A stretch of 64,000 nucleotides of DNA, from IMG/VR virus record IMGVR_UViG_2795386110_000001, positions 26,114 to 90,113 of that record; one strand, 5' to 3'. The translations under genes and the position numbers were made by a program. Each line of letters opens with the position of its first letter. Position 1 is the stretch's first letter. Positions 9,131-18,809 of this stretch are shown here, piece after piece. Origin of the DNA: a virus (Duplodnaviria; Caudoviricetes). The notes under the pieces were generated by a model, which saw only the letters and a program-made list of their open reading frames with translations, was not told where the DNA came from and searched no databases.

Positions 9131-9919
9131 ATGGCCCGCATCACTCGCCCCGCCCGCATCGGCGTCATCAGCGACGGCGTCCTCACCCAGGACGGCAACC
9201 CGTTCAACCTGAAGTACCTGGTCATGGACGCGCAGCCGGACGGCGTCCTCGAGGACGTTGTCACGCCGGACTACGTGACCGGTGAAGCCCTGTACCGGAC
9301 CGGCTTGGTCGTCGGCCACGACGGCAAGGGCCTGGGAGTCGCCTGGCCGGCGAACCCGCTGCCGACACCGCGTGTCCCGATCGCCGCCGACCACTCGGCG
9401 CTGGCCGCACGCCAGTCGGCGGGCACGTACTTCCCCACCCCCGAGGGCTCGGCGCTGATCTCCGCAGACTTCGTGCCCGGAGAGCACTCGCTTTCGATTA
9501 CCGGCCCGAACGCGACGTACGCCCGCGAGACCCGCGACCGCATCCGCGCGGCCATCGCGAACAGCGGCATCCAGTGGCCGCTCGGCGCCATGGGCGTCGT
9601 CGCTCACTGGACCGTCGCTCGCGGAGGCGCGGCCGCCGACCTCGCCCTCGCCTGCACCGCCCTCGCCGCCTCCGGCAACATCCCCGCCAACGCCGTGGAC
9701 GGCGTGACCATGATCGGCCAACTCGGCCTGGATGGCCGGGTCCACGCGGTCCGCGACTTCCACGAGCTGATGCAGCTCGCCATCGACGCCGGCGACCCGA
9801 AGTTCGTGGTCCCCGAGGAGCAAGTCGCCGAGGCCGTCGCCTCGTTCCCCGACGTGGCTGTGCAGGGCGTGCGAACCCTGAACGACGCCCTGACCTTCCT
9901 CACCGAGATGGCCGACTGA
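9131..9919 (+). CDS. protein with ComM/YifB (Mg-chelatase-like) N-terminal domain, no AAA+ part
   Basis: RETRDRIRAAIANSG.WP, DLALA and GQLGLDGRV motifs. Confidence 0.75.
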   Translation: MARITRPARIGVISDGVLTQDGNPFNLKYLVMDAQPDGVLEDVVTPDYVTGEALYRTGLVVGHDGKGLGVAWPANPLPTPRVPIAADHSALAARQSAGTYFPTPEGSALISADFVPGEHSLSITGPNATYARETRDRIRAAIANSGIQWPLGAMGVVAHWTVARGGAAADLALACTALAASGNIPANAVDGVTMIGQLGLDGRVHAVRDFHELMQLAIDAGDPKFVVPEEQVAEAVASFPDVAVQGVRTLNDALTFLTEMAD

Positions 9920-9932
9920 CCTCACCCCGAAC

Positions 9933-9959
9933 GGGCCGGGGCAGGCAGCGCCCCGGCCC
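9933..9959 (+). repeat. AGGCAGC-loop hairpin, copy C
   Basis: GGGCCGGGGC-AGGCAGC-GCCCCGGCCC. Confidence 0.8.
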
Positions 9960-9996
9960 CACCACCCGCCCCCACCAGCGAAAGGAACCGACCCAC

Positions 9997-10593
9997 ATGA
10001 CCAGCAAAGCCTTCTGGACCGAGTACTTCGAGGACGCCTACCGCGACGCCGTCAAGAAACGGGGCGAGGTCCTCGACCATGGCCTGCTCCTCATCGCCCA
10101 CGTGATCCGCGAGGAACTCCCCACGGCCACGGCCGTCAGCGTCACCAGCGGCATCGTGGCAGCCGTACACGACTCCGAAGGCACGATCTGGCGGTTCAAC
10201 GACGAGACCAGCAACCTGAGCCGCCGAGCCCTCAGGGAGATCCGGGACACGCTCCTCGACATGTTCACCTTCACCCGCACCACGTACCCGCTCCTCGCGG
10301 CCAACTGGAAGCCGGTCCCGGACCAGCCCGACACCCTCCGCGTCGAACTGCCCAAGGACCCCGACAAGAAGGACCAGGAGCAGAACACGGCCCCGGCCGG
10401 CAACGACCGGCCGCACGGGACGCCGGGGGAGGACGCGGGGAACTGCGCCCAGTGCAGCCGACCGCTGATCTGGGACGGGACAGGCAAGCGCGTGAACGAC
10501 GAGTGGGGCGAGCACCTCTGCTACGGCCCCCGCTCGGCCGACGCACGGTCCAGGGTCCACGTCCTGGCCGCGCCGCAGACGGCCACCGCATAG
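9997..10593 (+). CDS. hypothetical protein
   Basis: RBS AAAGGA, C-terminal CAQC motif. Confidence 0.7.
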   Translation: MTSKAFWTEYFEDAYRDAVKKRGEVLDHGLLLIAHVIREELPTATAVSVTSGIVAAVHDSEGTIWRFNDETSNLSRRALREIRDTLLDMFTFTRTTYPLLAANWKPVPDQPDTLRVELPKDPDKKDQEQNTAPAGNDRPHGTPGEDAGNCAQCSRPLIWDGTGKRVNDEWGEHLCYGPRSADARSRVHVLAAPQTATA

Positions 10594-10606
10594 CTAAGCA
10601 GCAGAC

Positions 10607-10637
10607 GGGCCGGGGAGCAGGCAGCGCTCCCCGGCCC
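10607..10637 (+). repeat. AGGCAGC-loop hairpin, copy D
   Basis: GGGCCGGGGAGC-AGGCAGC-GCTCCCCGGCCC. Confidence 0.8.
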
Positions 10638-10829
10638 TCACTGCGGATCTAAGCACCTCAACCCCCCGAGCACTCCGCCACCCCAAGCGGCAGCCCCCAG
10701 GCCCTCTACGAGATCCACACGGCCCCCATGGGCCACGCTTCCGCCCCTCCCCACCACCCAGGAGCGCCCCCCGATGGCTACGGCACAGCTGGCGTTCGAC
10801 CTGCCCGGCTTCGGGTCGGACGTCCCCAG

Positions 10830-11684
10830 CTAGGGGTTTTCGAAGACTCCCTGGTGGAGGTACCAGTGGCTGTCGGCCAGTCCGTAGCGCAGGGCGGTGT
10901 CCCACGCATTGAGTCCGTGAGTGTTGGCGTGTTGCTCGGCGTCCTCTTGCAGGTGAGCTGTCAAGGCTGGCACACCGCTCTCGCGGCGTATCTTCTGGTG
11001 CAGCCACTGGTTGGCGGTCACCACGGATATGCAGAACTCGGCATAGCGCTGTGCCAGCTTGAACGTGTGGAAGTGGTACTCGACGCGGGCATGCAGTTCG
11101 GCGTCCCATTCCGGCAGGGCCTGGATGCGGAACTGCACGGGCCAGCTTGTGATGTCCGCGAAAAGATAGCGTCCGGTCTGGCCAGGGCGGTCGTAGTAGG
11201 GGTGGAGGGTGCGCTGACCGGCGGTGGCCCCGATCCGGTCGCCTTTCATCTGGTTGCACTTGCCGCATGCCGGCACCAGATTCACAGGACAGATTGTGTA
11301 GAGCGGGAGTGTGTCCTTGGGCAGGTGATGGTCAAGTGAGCCGATCTCACTGTTGCCGCACAGCAAGCAACGCCCGAACGGCGCGCGGGCCTTGAGTTCG
11401 TCGTACTTCAGCCTGCCATCCTTACGCCCGACCAGCCCCGCACTGTAGAGAGTCCTCAGGTGCGCTCCATCGCGGTCGGGCAGCAGCTCCTCGGCCTTCT
11501 GCGCAGCGATGGCGAGCGTGTAGAGGCCGTTGTGCTCGGCAGCGTCGATGTAAATCTGCTCGGCTGTGGACAGGTCCCTTTCGCGGGCCAGGAGCCGTAT
11601 CTTCAGGACGGAGTTCCGCAGCCTCCTGCAAGCAGCGGTCAGTGTCTCTCTGACCGTCATCACGGGGGGATCGAGCGGAATCAT
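10830..11684 (-). CDS. HNH endonuclease (Septu PtuB-like partner)
   Basis: CLLC..LDHHLPK..NLVPACGKCN; start overlaps the ATPase stop. Confidence 0.85.
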   Translation of the reverse strand: MIPLDPPVMTVRETLTAACRRLRNSVLKIRLLARERDLSTAEQIYIDAAEHNGLYTLAIAAQKAEELLPDRDGAHLRTLYSAGLVGRKDGRLKYDELKARAPFGRCLLCGNSEIGSLDHHLPKDTLPLYTICPVNLVPACGKCNQMKGDRIGATAGQRTLHPYYDRPGQTGRYLFADITSWPVQFRIQALPEWDAELHARVEYHFHTFKLAQRYAEFCISVVTANQWLHQKIRRESGVPALTAHLQEDAEQHANTHGLNAWDTALRYGLADSHWYLHQGVFENP

Positions 11685-13201
11685 GACGTTCTTCCGTCCC
11701 GACGGGAGGTGAGGACACGGAGCAGGCCGCGCGCTTCGCTTCCCAGGGACTCGAAGCCTGCCAGGATCTCTTGGTAGCTGCGTCCCCCGTCGACCTCCTT
11801 GGCCAGGGCCGCGTAGAAACCGGTGGCGGTGGACTCCAGGCCGAACGCCTCGTGAGTGAGCGCGCTGACGTTCTCACCGTAGGTTTCCATCAGCGGCCGC
11901 TCGGCTGTCAAAACATTGCCGTAGCGACGTAGCTTGTAGACGCACGATTTCGGAACCTCCTGCAGGACGACCGGTGAGTGCGTTGCCACGACCGCCATTC
12001 CGTTGACCTCAGATAGAAAGTCGGACAGTGCATGGATGAACGCCGACAACAGAGGCGGCTGAAGGTGTGCCTCGGGTTCATCTATGAAGACGACCGTGCG
12101 TTCGGTCACCTCCTGGACCAGTCGCGTCAGGGCAAGCAAAGCAATCTTGTGGCCAGAACTCAGGGGAGCAAAGAGCCGTACCGCAGCGGCGTTGAACCGG
12201 CGGTCAGAGCCCTCGGACAACAGATCGTCAATATCGCCAGCATAGTCATCCAGGAAACCGGACTCCGGATAACTGAGCGTGGCCAGAATCTGCTCCCACC
12301 GGCTACGGCGGGCACCGATTCGGGCCGTGGCGAGACTCTTTGCGAATTCCTCGGACAGGTCTTCACTCGTCTTCAGTCGCTGTGGCTCCTCACTGTCCCG
12401 CAGCCCGATGTAGGCGAACCTCGCGGGAGCGTCCGGGTGATGGAGCAGGTCATCGAAGGCGCTGAAGGAGACCAGCACCACGTTCGGCGTGAGTTGGGCT
12501 GTGCGGGCAGTGAACTGAGTAACCTCAATAGTCCCAGTCGCCACGCCATCAGCCATCGCACGCATCATGCTGGTCTTGCCCACTCCATTGCGGCCAATCA
12601 GGGCATGTACGTTGCTTGGCGGCAGCGAGGCGGGGCTGGCCCGGAAGCTCAGTGTGGGCGGTTCGTACCCTGAACCCTCAGGAATGGAAGGCGTGTAGTC
12701 CCACTGGAAGTCGACGACCCGAGCGCGGCCGCGAGCAATGAGGTGAAGGCGCTCCAGCTCCGGGCCCGGATGACGGACATCGCGCATCAGGGAATCTGTG
12801 AAGACTCTCATGTGCCATACGCGTTCCACTAAATCCGTGCTGTAGTCGTAAGCCACATCCCGCAACGCTGTCAGAATGCTGATTCTGTCATTATCGCTCA
12901 GTTTGCTCAGCGACTCGTAGTACTTGTCGTCGAGACCCAGGCTGAAGTAGTCTTCACTGAGCCCCTCGAAGCGGCGCGGGAGGCGTTCATCGGTCCGAAA
13001 GAAATCTTCATTTCGGTCTGATCCCATATCGAAATGTCCAATTCGGACACCGCCGATAACCTTCGAGCCTTTCCCGCGGAACTTGATGCTCAGCTTGTAC
13101 AGTGTCACGAAGCCATAGTCATTCCAGTTATCCGGGACTAGGTAGGCTCCGCTGTAGTCCGCAGGCAAATCCCGCGGCCGCTCCACCACGACGAACCGCA
13201 T
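11681..13201 (-). CDS. ABC/AAA_21-type ATPase (Septu PtuA-like)
   Basis: GRNGVGKT, LSSGH, IDEPEAHL, ATHSP; lower GC than flanks. Confidence 0.85.
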   Translation of the reverse strand: MRFVVVERPRDLPADYSGAYLVPDNWNDYGFVTLYKLSIKFRGKGSKVIGGVRIGHFDMGSDRNEDFFRTDERLPRRFEGLSEDYFSLGLDDKYYESLSKLSDNDRISILTALRDVAYDYSTDLVERVWHMRVFTDSLMRDVRHPGPELERLHLIARGRARVVDFQWDYTPSIPEGSGYEPPTLSFRASPASLPPSNVHALIGRNGVGKTSMMRAMADGVATGTIEVTQFTARTAQLTPNVVLVSFSAFDDLLHHPDAPARFAYIGLRDSEEPQRLKTSEDLSEEFAKSLATARIGARRSRWEQILATLSYPESGFLDDYAGDIDDLLSEGSDRRFNAAAVRLFAPLSSGHKIALLALTRLVQEVTERTVVFIDEPEAHLQPPLLSAFIHALSDFLSEVNGMAVVATHSPVVLQEVPKSCVYKLRRYGNVLTAERPLMETYGENVSALTHEAFGLESTATGFYAALAKEVDGGRSYQEILAGFESLGSEARGLLRVLTSRRDGRTS

Positions 13202-13756
13202 GATTCCCCCCATGCAATGAGCTGAAGCCCTCTCTGGCCACAAGTACCACACTGTAGTCGTCGCCCCGCGCTCGTCTCACGGTTACCTGTACGTGAGGTC
13301 CGGGCCGCAGAGAACCAGGGGGCCGACGGTCAGACGCGTCCACACTGGCCTCCATGGACGAGCTGGCAGCAGAGCAGCCTGCTCCTTCAGGTCGCCACGA
13401 CAAGATCAGCACCTACACCGGCAAGCGCTGGCCTGCGCTCCACGAAGTGCCCTCCACCCGGCACAGGGATACCGCTGCGCACTGCTGCGAACTGCGCACT
13501 TGATTGAGCTGAGGTACGATCCGGATCGGCCGGTCGTTTCGAACAGCGGCACGACCGCCACCCGCGCTGGTGCGTGTAAGTAACACGGCCCGACTTCCAG
13601 TCGGGCGTTCCAGGTGCAAGCCCTGGCCAGCGCTCCACACGATGGGCCCTCCCCACAGCCCCCGGGGAGGGCCTTCCGCATTCCACGCGACCGCCGACAA
13701 TGGGCCGACAAACGCGCAGGTGCGCAACCTGCGCAGACGGACTTCAGGAGCGGCCC

Positions 13757-15112
13757 ATGTTCCACGGCTCAATACCCGCCCCCCTCCGCTCGATCATCTA
13801 CGAGCACGCCGGGACCTGGCCCGGCGAAGACATCTACGTCGGCTGCTCCGGGAACTTCACGATCGAACGCGTACTGCACGCCCGCTTCGGCGACAGTCGG
13901 CGCGTCCACGGCAACGACATCCAGGCCTACAGCTGCGCCCTCGGCTGGTACCTCGCCGGAGACGACCTCAACTACACCCTGCGCGAGGAGTACGAGGAGT
14001 CCCTCGGCTGGCTTAAGCCGTACCTGGAGGACCGTACGGACCTCCTCGCCACCCTTATGCTCGGCACCCGCTTCCTCCAGTACGTCGGCAAGGAAGGCGT
14101 CTACTACCGGCGGATGATGGACGCGACCCGCGACCAGTGGGAGCGGATGCACGACAAGACCGCCACCAAGCTGCGGAACCTCGAAACCCGCCTCGGCTCG
14201 TTCTTCCCCGGCGACGTCCGCGACTACCTCGACCACGAGGTGCCCACAGACGCCCCCGTGGTGATGTTCCCCCCGTTCTACGCAGCCGACTATCAGGCCC
14301 AGTTCGCGCCGATCGACGCCGCGTTCAACTGGCCCGAGCCGTCCTTCGACGAGCTCACCGAGGACGGCAAGGAACGCATCATCGAACAGGTCCAGGACCG
14401 GCCGAACTGGGTCCTCGGCCTCCACATCGAGCGCCCCGAGCTGCGAGACAAACTGGCCGGCGTCGTCCAGACAGCGAACCGCGGCCTGCCCATCTACGTG
14501 TACGCGGCGGCCGGCCCGCGCCGCATCGTCCGCCCCCGCCAGCCCGTCGAACCGATCCCCATGCCGAAGATCGGCCGCGACGAGGAACTCGGCGACCGCA
14601 TGACGATGCACATCCTCACCGGCGGACAGTTCGCGGGCATCCGCTCCCAGTTCATGTCGAAGACCATCAAGCCCGGGTCGCCGTTGATCGCGTGCGGCGT
14701 CGCTATCGACGGGAAGCTGATCGGCGCGTTCGCCTACCTGCCGCCGAAGTTCGACCCGAACACCGCCTACCTGATGTCCGACTTCCCCGTCTCCTGGACC
14801 CGCTACCGGCGCCTCGCGAAGCTCATCGTCATGGCCGCCTCCACGAAAGAGGCCCAGATCCTCATCCAGCGCTCGCTGTCCAAGCGGATCGACGGCTGGG
14901 CGACGACCGCGTTCACCGACCGGCCGAACTCGGCGAAGTACGGGCGCGGCATCCCCGGCGTGAAGCTCCAGAAGCGCACCGAAGCCAGCAGCAAAGATCC
15001 CGGCGACGGCATCCACCGTTACCAGCTCCAGTACGGCGGCCCTCTCGGCGCCTACGACCTCGACGAAGCGCTCGCCCTGTGGAAGCGCAAGCACGGCAAG
15101 GACATGCGATGA
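13757..15112 (+). CDS. putative DNA-modification protein (MTase-like N-terminus, possible GNAT/Mom-like C-terminus)
   Basis: YVGCSGNFTIE and FPPFY motifs; C-terminal YLMSDF..SAKY; lies before ParB-like and terminase genes. Confidence 0.65.
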   Translation: MFHGSIPAPLRSIIYEHAGTWPGEDIYVGCSGNFTIERVLHARFGDSRRVHGNDIQAYSCALGWYLAGDDLNYTLREEYEESLGWLKPYLEDRTDLLATLMLGTRFLQYVGKEGVYYRRMMDATRDQWERMHDKTATKLRNLETRLGSFFPGDVRDYLDHEVPTDAPVVMFPPFYAADYQAQFAPIDAAFNWPEPSFDELTEDGKERIIEQVQDRPNWVLGLHIERPELRDKLAGVVQTANRGLPIYVYAAAGPRRIVRPRQPVEPIPMPKIGRDEELGDRMTMHILTGGQFAGIRSQFMSKTIKPGSPLIACGVAIDGKLIGAFAYLPPKFDPNTAYLMSDFPVSWTRYRRLAKLIVMAASTKEAQILIQRSLSKRIDGWATTAFTDRPNSAKYGRGIPGVKLQKRTEASSKDPGDGIHRYQLQYGGPLGAYDLDEALALWKRKHGKDMR

Positions 15113-16047
15113 CGATCGACACGACGACCCCGCTCTTCCGCCCCAAGCTCGTCCGCCGTGACCCGCGCACCCTCGCCTCGCTCGAAGTGAACGCCCGCTT
15201 CATGCGCAAGGAGGAGTGGGACCGGCTGGTGGAGAACATCCGCCGCGACGGTTGCCTCACCTCCACCCCGCTCATCTACGCCGGCGGCGAGTACGCGGAG
15301 GGCGAGGAACTCATCCTGTCCGGCAACCACCGCACCAAGGCGTCGGTGGAAGCCGGACTCGACGAGATCGACTGCATGCTCATCGAGGAGAAGCTGACCC
15401 GGCAGCAACTCGTCGCCATCCAGCTCTCGCACAACGCCATCGCGGGCCAGGACGACCCGGCCACCCTTAAGCAGCTCTACGAAGAACTCGACGACGTCGA
15501 CTGGCGGGCCTACTCCGGTCTCGACGACGAACAGCTCAGCCTCCTCGCCGAAGTCAGCCCCGAAGGCCTCTCCGAGGCGAACCTCGACTTCGCCACCGTC
15601 TCGCTGATCTTCCTGCCCATGGAGCTCGAGGCCGCCTGCGAAGCCTTCGACCAGGCCCGCCTCGGCCAGAACGAGAGCTGGCTCGCCGCACGCGCCGACT
15701 ACATCCAGACCCTGGACACGCTCGCCTCCACCCACGCCGCTCACAAAGTCGGCAATGTCGCCACCGCCCTCCACGCCATCCTCGCGATCGTTGAACGCCA
15801 CCTGGACGAGCTCCAAGAGGGCTACACCGGCCCCGACGGCACCCCCCTGCACTCCGGGCACGTCGGCCTCGAAACAGTTCTCGGCGCCCGCACCCTCCCC
15901 GCACCGGCCGCCGTCACCATCAACAAGGCCATCGCAGCCGCAGAAGGACGCGGAGAGATCGAGAAGGGGCAGGGCTGGCGCCTCCTCGAACGCCTGGCAG
16001 GTGAATACCTCTCCGGCAGCAACCACGTCCCCAGCGACCCCGCATGA
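15109..16047 (+). CDS. ParB/Srx N-terminal domain protein
   Basis: NARFM, ILSGNHR, LSHNAIAG; ATGA overlap. Confidence 0.8.
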   Translation: MTIDTTTPLFRPKLVRRDPRTLASLEVNARFMRKEEWDRLVENIRRDGCLTSTPLIYAGGEYAEGEELILSGNHRTKASVEAGLDEIDCMLIEEKLTRQQLVAIQLSHNAIAGQDDPATLKQLYEELDDVDWRAYSGLDDEQLSLLAEVSPEGLSEANLDFATVSLIFLPMELEAACEAFDQARLGQNESWLAARADYIQTLDTLASTHAAHKVGNVATALHAILAIVERHLDELQEGYTGPDGTPLHSGHVGLETVLGARTLPAPAAVTINKAIAAAEGRGEIEKGQGWRLLERLAGEYLSGSNHVPSDPA

Positions 16048-16274
16048 GCAGCGTCGGCATCCAGTTCGTAGGCGGCCCCGCCGACGGGCAACTCCTCGTC
16101 ATACCCGCCGACCCCTGGAACCCGCCCCACGTCTACGACCAGATCGCCAACGCCAACGGACGCCTCGTGTACCGGCGCGAGGTGAACCCAGGCGACGACG
16201 GCCCCCTGTGGCACTACCACTACGACCGGCAGGCGAGCGAGGGCACCGCGGGACCGGAGGAACGGCACACATGA
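16044..16274 (+). CDS. hypothetical protein
   Basis: ATGA-coupled at both ends; FVGGPADG motif. Confidence 0.65.
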   Translation: MSSVGIQFVGGPADGQLLVIPADPWNPPHVYDQIANANGRLVYRREVNPGDDGPLWHYHYDRQASEGTAGPEERHT

Positions 16275-16867
16275 GCACCCGCCCACCCATCAACCTCGAC
16301 CTCGACATCGACCCGTGGGAACGTCAGCCCAACGAAACTCCTCACAAATACGGACAGTTCGCCGCGTACCGAGACATCGGCAGGACCCGCACCCTGACCG
16401 AAGCCGCACAGAGGCTGACACTCGCGTACGGGCACGTGAGGAACCTGGCCGCCCAGTACCGGTGGCGTGAGCGCGTCGAGGCGTATGACCGGCACCTGGA
16501 CCGGCAGTACGAGGCGATGTGGCTGGAGGAGCGCAGGAAGGCCGCCGAGACCGACGCGAAGATCCTGGGCGCGGCGATCGGCAAGCTCGCCCAGCGACTC
16601 GGCAGCCTGCGCGCCGACGAGCTGTCGGCCGGCGACTTCATCCGGCTGATGGACGTCGCCATGCGGCACCGACGCGTCCTGTTCGGCGACCCCACCGAGA
16701 CGATCGCCGTCACCGGCGAGGGCTCCAACGCGCTGGCCCAGCAGTTCGCCGAGTTCGCGCAGATGTCCCCGGACCTGCGCCGCTCCCGGCTCGCCGAGCT
16801 TGCCGCCTCGGTGAACCAGCGCATCAAGGCCGTGGACGGCAACGACGACGAGGAGGAGACCACGTGA
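16271..16867 (+). CDS. putative terminase small subunit
   Basis: PWERQPNET..F.AYRD.G..RTL HTH-like region directly before TerL. Confidence 0.65.
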   Translation: MSTRPPINLDLDIDPWERQPNETPHKYGQFAAYRDIGRTRTLTEAAQRLTLAYGHVRNLAAQYRWRERVEAYDRHLDRQYEAMWLEERRKAAETDAKILGAAIGKLAQRLGSLRADELSAGDFIRLMDVAMRHRRVLFGDPTETIAVTGEGSNALAQQFAEFAQMSPDLRRSRLAELAASVNQRIKAVDGNDDEEETT

Positions 16868-18432
16868 CGACGGCCGTGAGCGAGCTGGAGCACCTGGACG
16901 ACGCGGAGGTCTACCGGCGGCTGCACGCGGCGCAGCGGTCCATGAGCGCCGACCTGCTGCGGGATCCGGTGACGCTCGCTCGCGGCCTCGACTCCACGTT
17001 CCGGATGCGCCCGCACCTACGGATCATCGGTGACGCGCTCGCCGAGGTGGGGCGCGGCGAGACCGACCGGCTGCTCATCCTGACCCCGCCCCAGGTCGGC
17101 AAGTCCACGACGGTCGCCGAGTGGTTCCCCTTCTGGTGGCTGTGCACCTACCCGATGGACCGGATCGCGGCCACCTCCTACTCGGACGACCTGGCGCTGA
17201 AGCGCGGCAAGACGATCCGCTCCTACGTCGAGGAGTACGGCGACGAGTGGGAGCTGTACCTGCGGGCCGGCTCCGGGGCCATGCAGGACTGGGAGCTGAC
17301 CCGCAGCGGCGGCGTCCGCTCCGTGTCCGTCGGCAAGGGTCTGACCGGCTACCCGGTGAACCTGCTGATCGTCGACGACCCGCACAAGGACCGCGCGGAC
17401 GCCGAGTCGGAGGCCTCCCGTAGAGCACTGCACGACTGGTACTCGTCGACCGCCCTCAAGCGCCTCCAGCCGGACCGCAACGCCGTGGTGGCGATCCAGA
17501 CCCGCTGGCACCCGGACGACTTCGCCGGGCGCCGCCTCCAGGAGGAGGGCCGCAGCGAGGACGGCGGCCGGTGGAAGGTGATCCACCTCCCGGCGATCGC
17601 CGACCCGAAGTTCGGCCCCGACCCGCTCGGCCGCGAACCCGGCGACCCGCTGCCGCACCCGAAGATCCCTACCCGCGACCGGAAGGCACTCCTGGCCTGG
17701 TGGGCGGACATGAAGAAGACCTCGATCGTGCGGGACTGGCACGCCCTCGCCCAGGGCGACCCGCAGCCTGCAGAAGGAGCGCTCGTGTCCGAGGAACTGC
17801 TGCGCCTGCTGCGGGACACCACCACGCCCGTGGAGCCGCAGAAGATCGCCGTCGCCATCGACCCCTCGGGCGGCGGCCGGGACGTCGCCGGCGTCATCGG
17901 CGGCTTCCTCGGCGACGACGGCCGCGTATGGATCACCGACGACGTCTCCGCAGCCATGTCCTCGGCCGAGTGGTCCACCGCCGCGTGCCGGCTCGCGCAC
18001 CGCACGGACGCGGCGATCATCTACGTCGAGTGGAACTTCGGTCGCGACATGTGCGTCCTCGCCATCCAGACGTCGTGGGAGAAGCTCCAGAACGACGGGG
18101 AGATCCCCAAGAGCAAGCTGATGCCGGCCATCGCCCCCGTGCGCGCCAAGCAAGGCAAGCTGCTCCGCGCCGAGCCGATCGCCCAGCAGATGGTGCAGGA
18201 CAAGGTCCGCTTCCGGGGCGTGTTCACCGACATGGAACGCGAGTGGTCGACCTGGCAGTCCAGCGACCCCGACAGCCCCGGCCGGATCGACGCCTCCTGC
18301 ATCCTTGTGTACGGCCTGATCCCCGAGGCCAACCAGGGCGCCATCGTGCACGCCCCGCTCCCGCAGGCGCCACAGTCGGGCGGGCGTGCGAGCAGTGCGG
18401 CGTCGGCATACGGGCGCAGGATCGGAAAGTGA
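16864..18432 (+). CDS. terL: terminase large subunit
   Basis: PPQVGKS Walker A, LLIVDDP Walker B, QTRWH, AIDPS nuclease motif. Confidence 0.92.
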   Translation: MTTAVSELEHLDDAEVYRRLHAAQRSMSADLLRDPVTLARGLDSTFRMRPHLRIIGDALAEVGRGETDRLLILTPPQVGKSTTVAEWFPFWWLCTYPMDRIAATSYSDDLALKRGKTIRSYVEEYGDEWELYLRAGSGAMQDWELTRSGGVRSVSVGKGLTGYPVNLLIVDDPHKDRADAESEASRRALHDWYSSTALKRLQPDRNAVVAIQTRWHPDDFAGRRLQEEGRSEDGGRWKVIHLPAIADPKFGPDPLGREPGDPLPHPKIPTRDRKALLAWWADMKKTSIVRDWHALAQGDPQPAEGALVSEELLRLLRDTTTPVEPQKIAVAIDPSGGGRDVAGVIGGFLGDDGRVWITDDVSAAMSSAEWSTAACRLAHRTDAAIIYVEWNFGRDMCVLAIQTSWEKLQNDGEIPKSKLMPAIAPVRAKQGKLLRAEPIAQQMVQDKVRFRGVFTDMEREWSTWQSSDPDSPGRIDASCILVYGLIPEANQGAIVHAPLPQAPQSGGRASSAASAYGRRIGK

Positions 18433-18434
18433 GA

Positions 18435-18471
18435 CTCGTACTCGATATACGCTTGTTGCTCGTACTCGATA
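18435..18471 (+). promoter_or_regulatory. 13-bp direct repeat CTCGTACTCGATA x2, candidate PadR operator
   Basis: Copies at 18435-18447 and 18459-18471, just upstream of the PadR gene. Confidence 0.55.
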
Positions 18472-18488
18472 CATGGTTTCCTTGGGGC

Positions 18489-18809
18489 ATGACCAATATC
18501 AGGCTCACCAAGCCGACCATGGCGGTCTTGGGTGTGCTCCTTGATGCGAGGCCTGACGCTCCTGCGTGGGGCCTGAGCATCTGCCGCGACGCCGACCTCG
18601 GTCCCGGCACCGTCTACCCGATTCTCGACCGACTCCTTGAGCGCGGCTGGCTCAGGAGCTGGGACGAGGTAGAAGCCCATCCAGGGCGTCCGGCCCGACG
18701 GTTCTACGAGTTCACGGGTTCTGGGCGCACCCACGCCCTGGAAGCGCTGGAAGCCCGCGCCGCACGCCGTGCCCGGTTCAGCCTCCGTCCCGCAGGCGGT
18801 GCAGCGTGA
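18489..18809 (+). CDS. PadR-family transcriptional regulator
   Basis: GTVYPILDRL..GW..RPARRFY..T..G. Confidence 0.85.
   Translation: MTNIRLTKPTMAVLGVLLDARPDAPAWGLSICRDADLGPGTVYPILDRLLERGWLRSWDEVEAHPGRPARRFYEFTGSGRTHALEALEARAARRARFSLRPAGGAA

Noticed and set aside
13300-13690. Short ORFs and weak repeats between the ATPase and modification genes
   Set aside because: No consistent codon bias, RBS or clear repeat unit
10830-13700. Retron (Ec78-type) associated with the ATPase+HNH pair
   Set aside because: No reverse transcriptase ORF or recognisable msr-msd nearby
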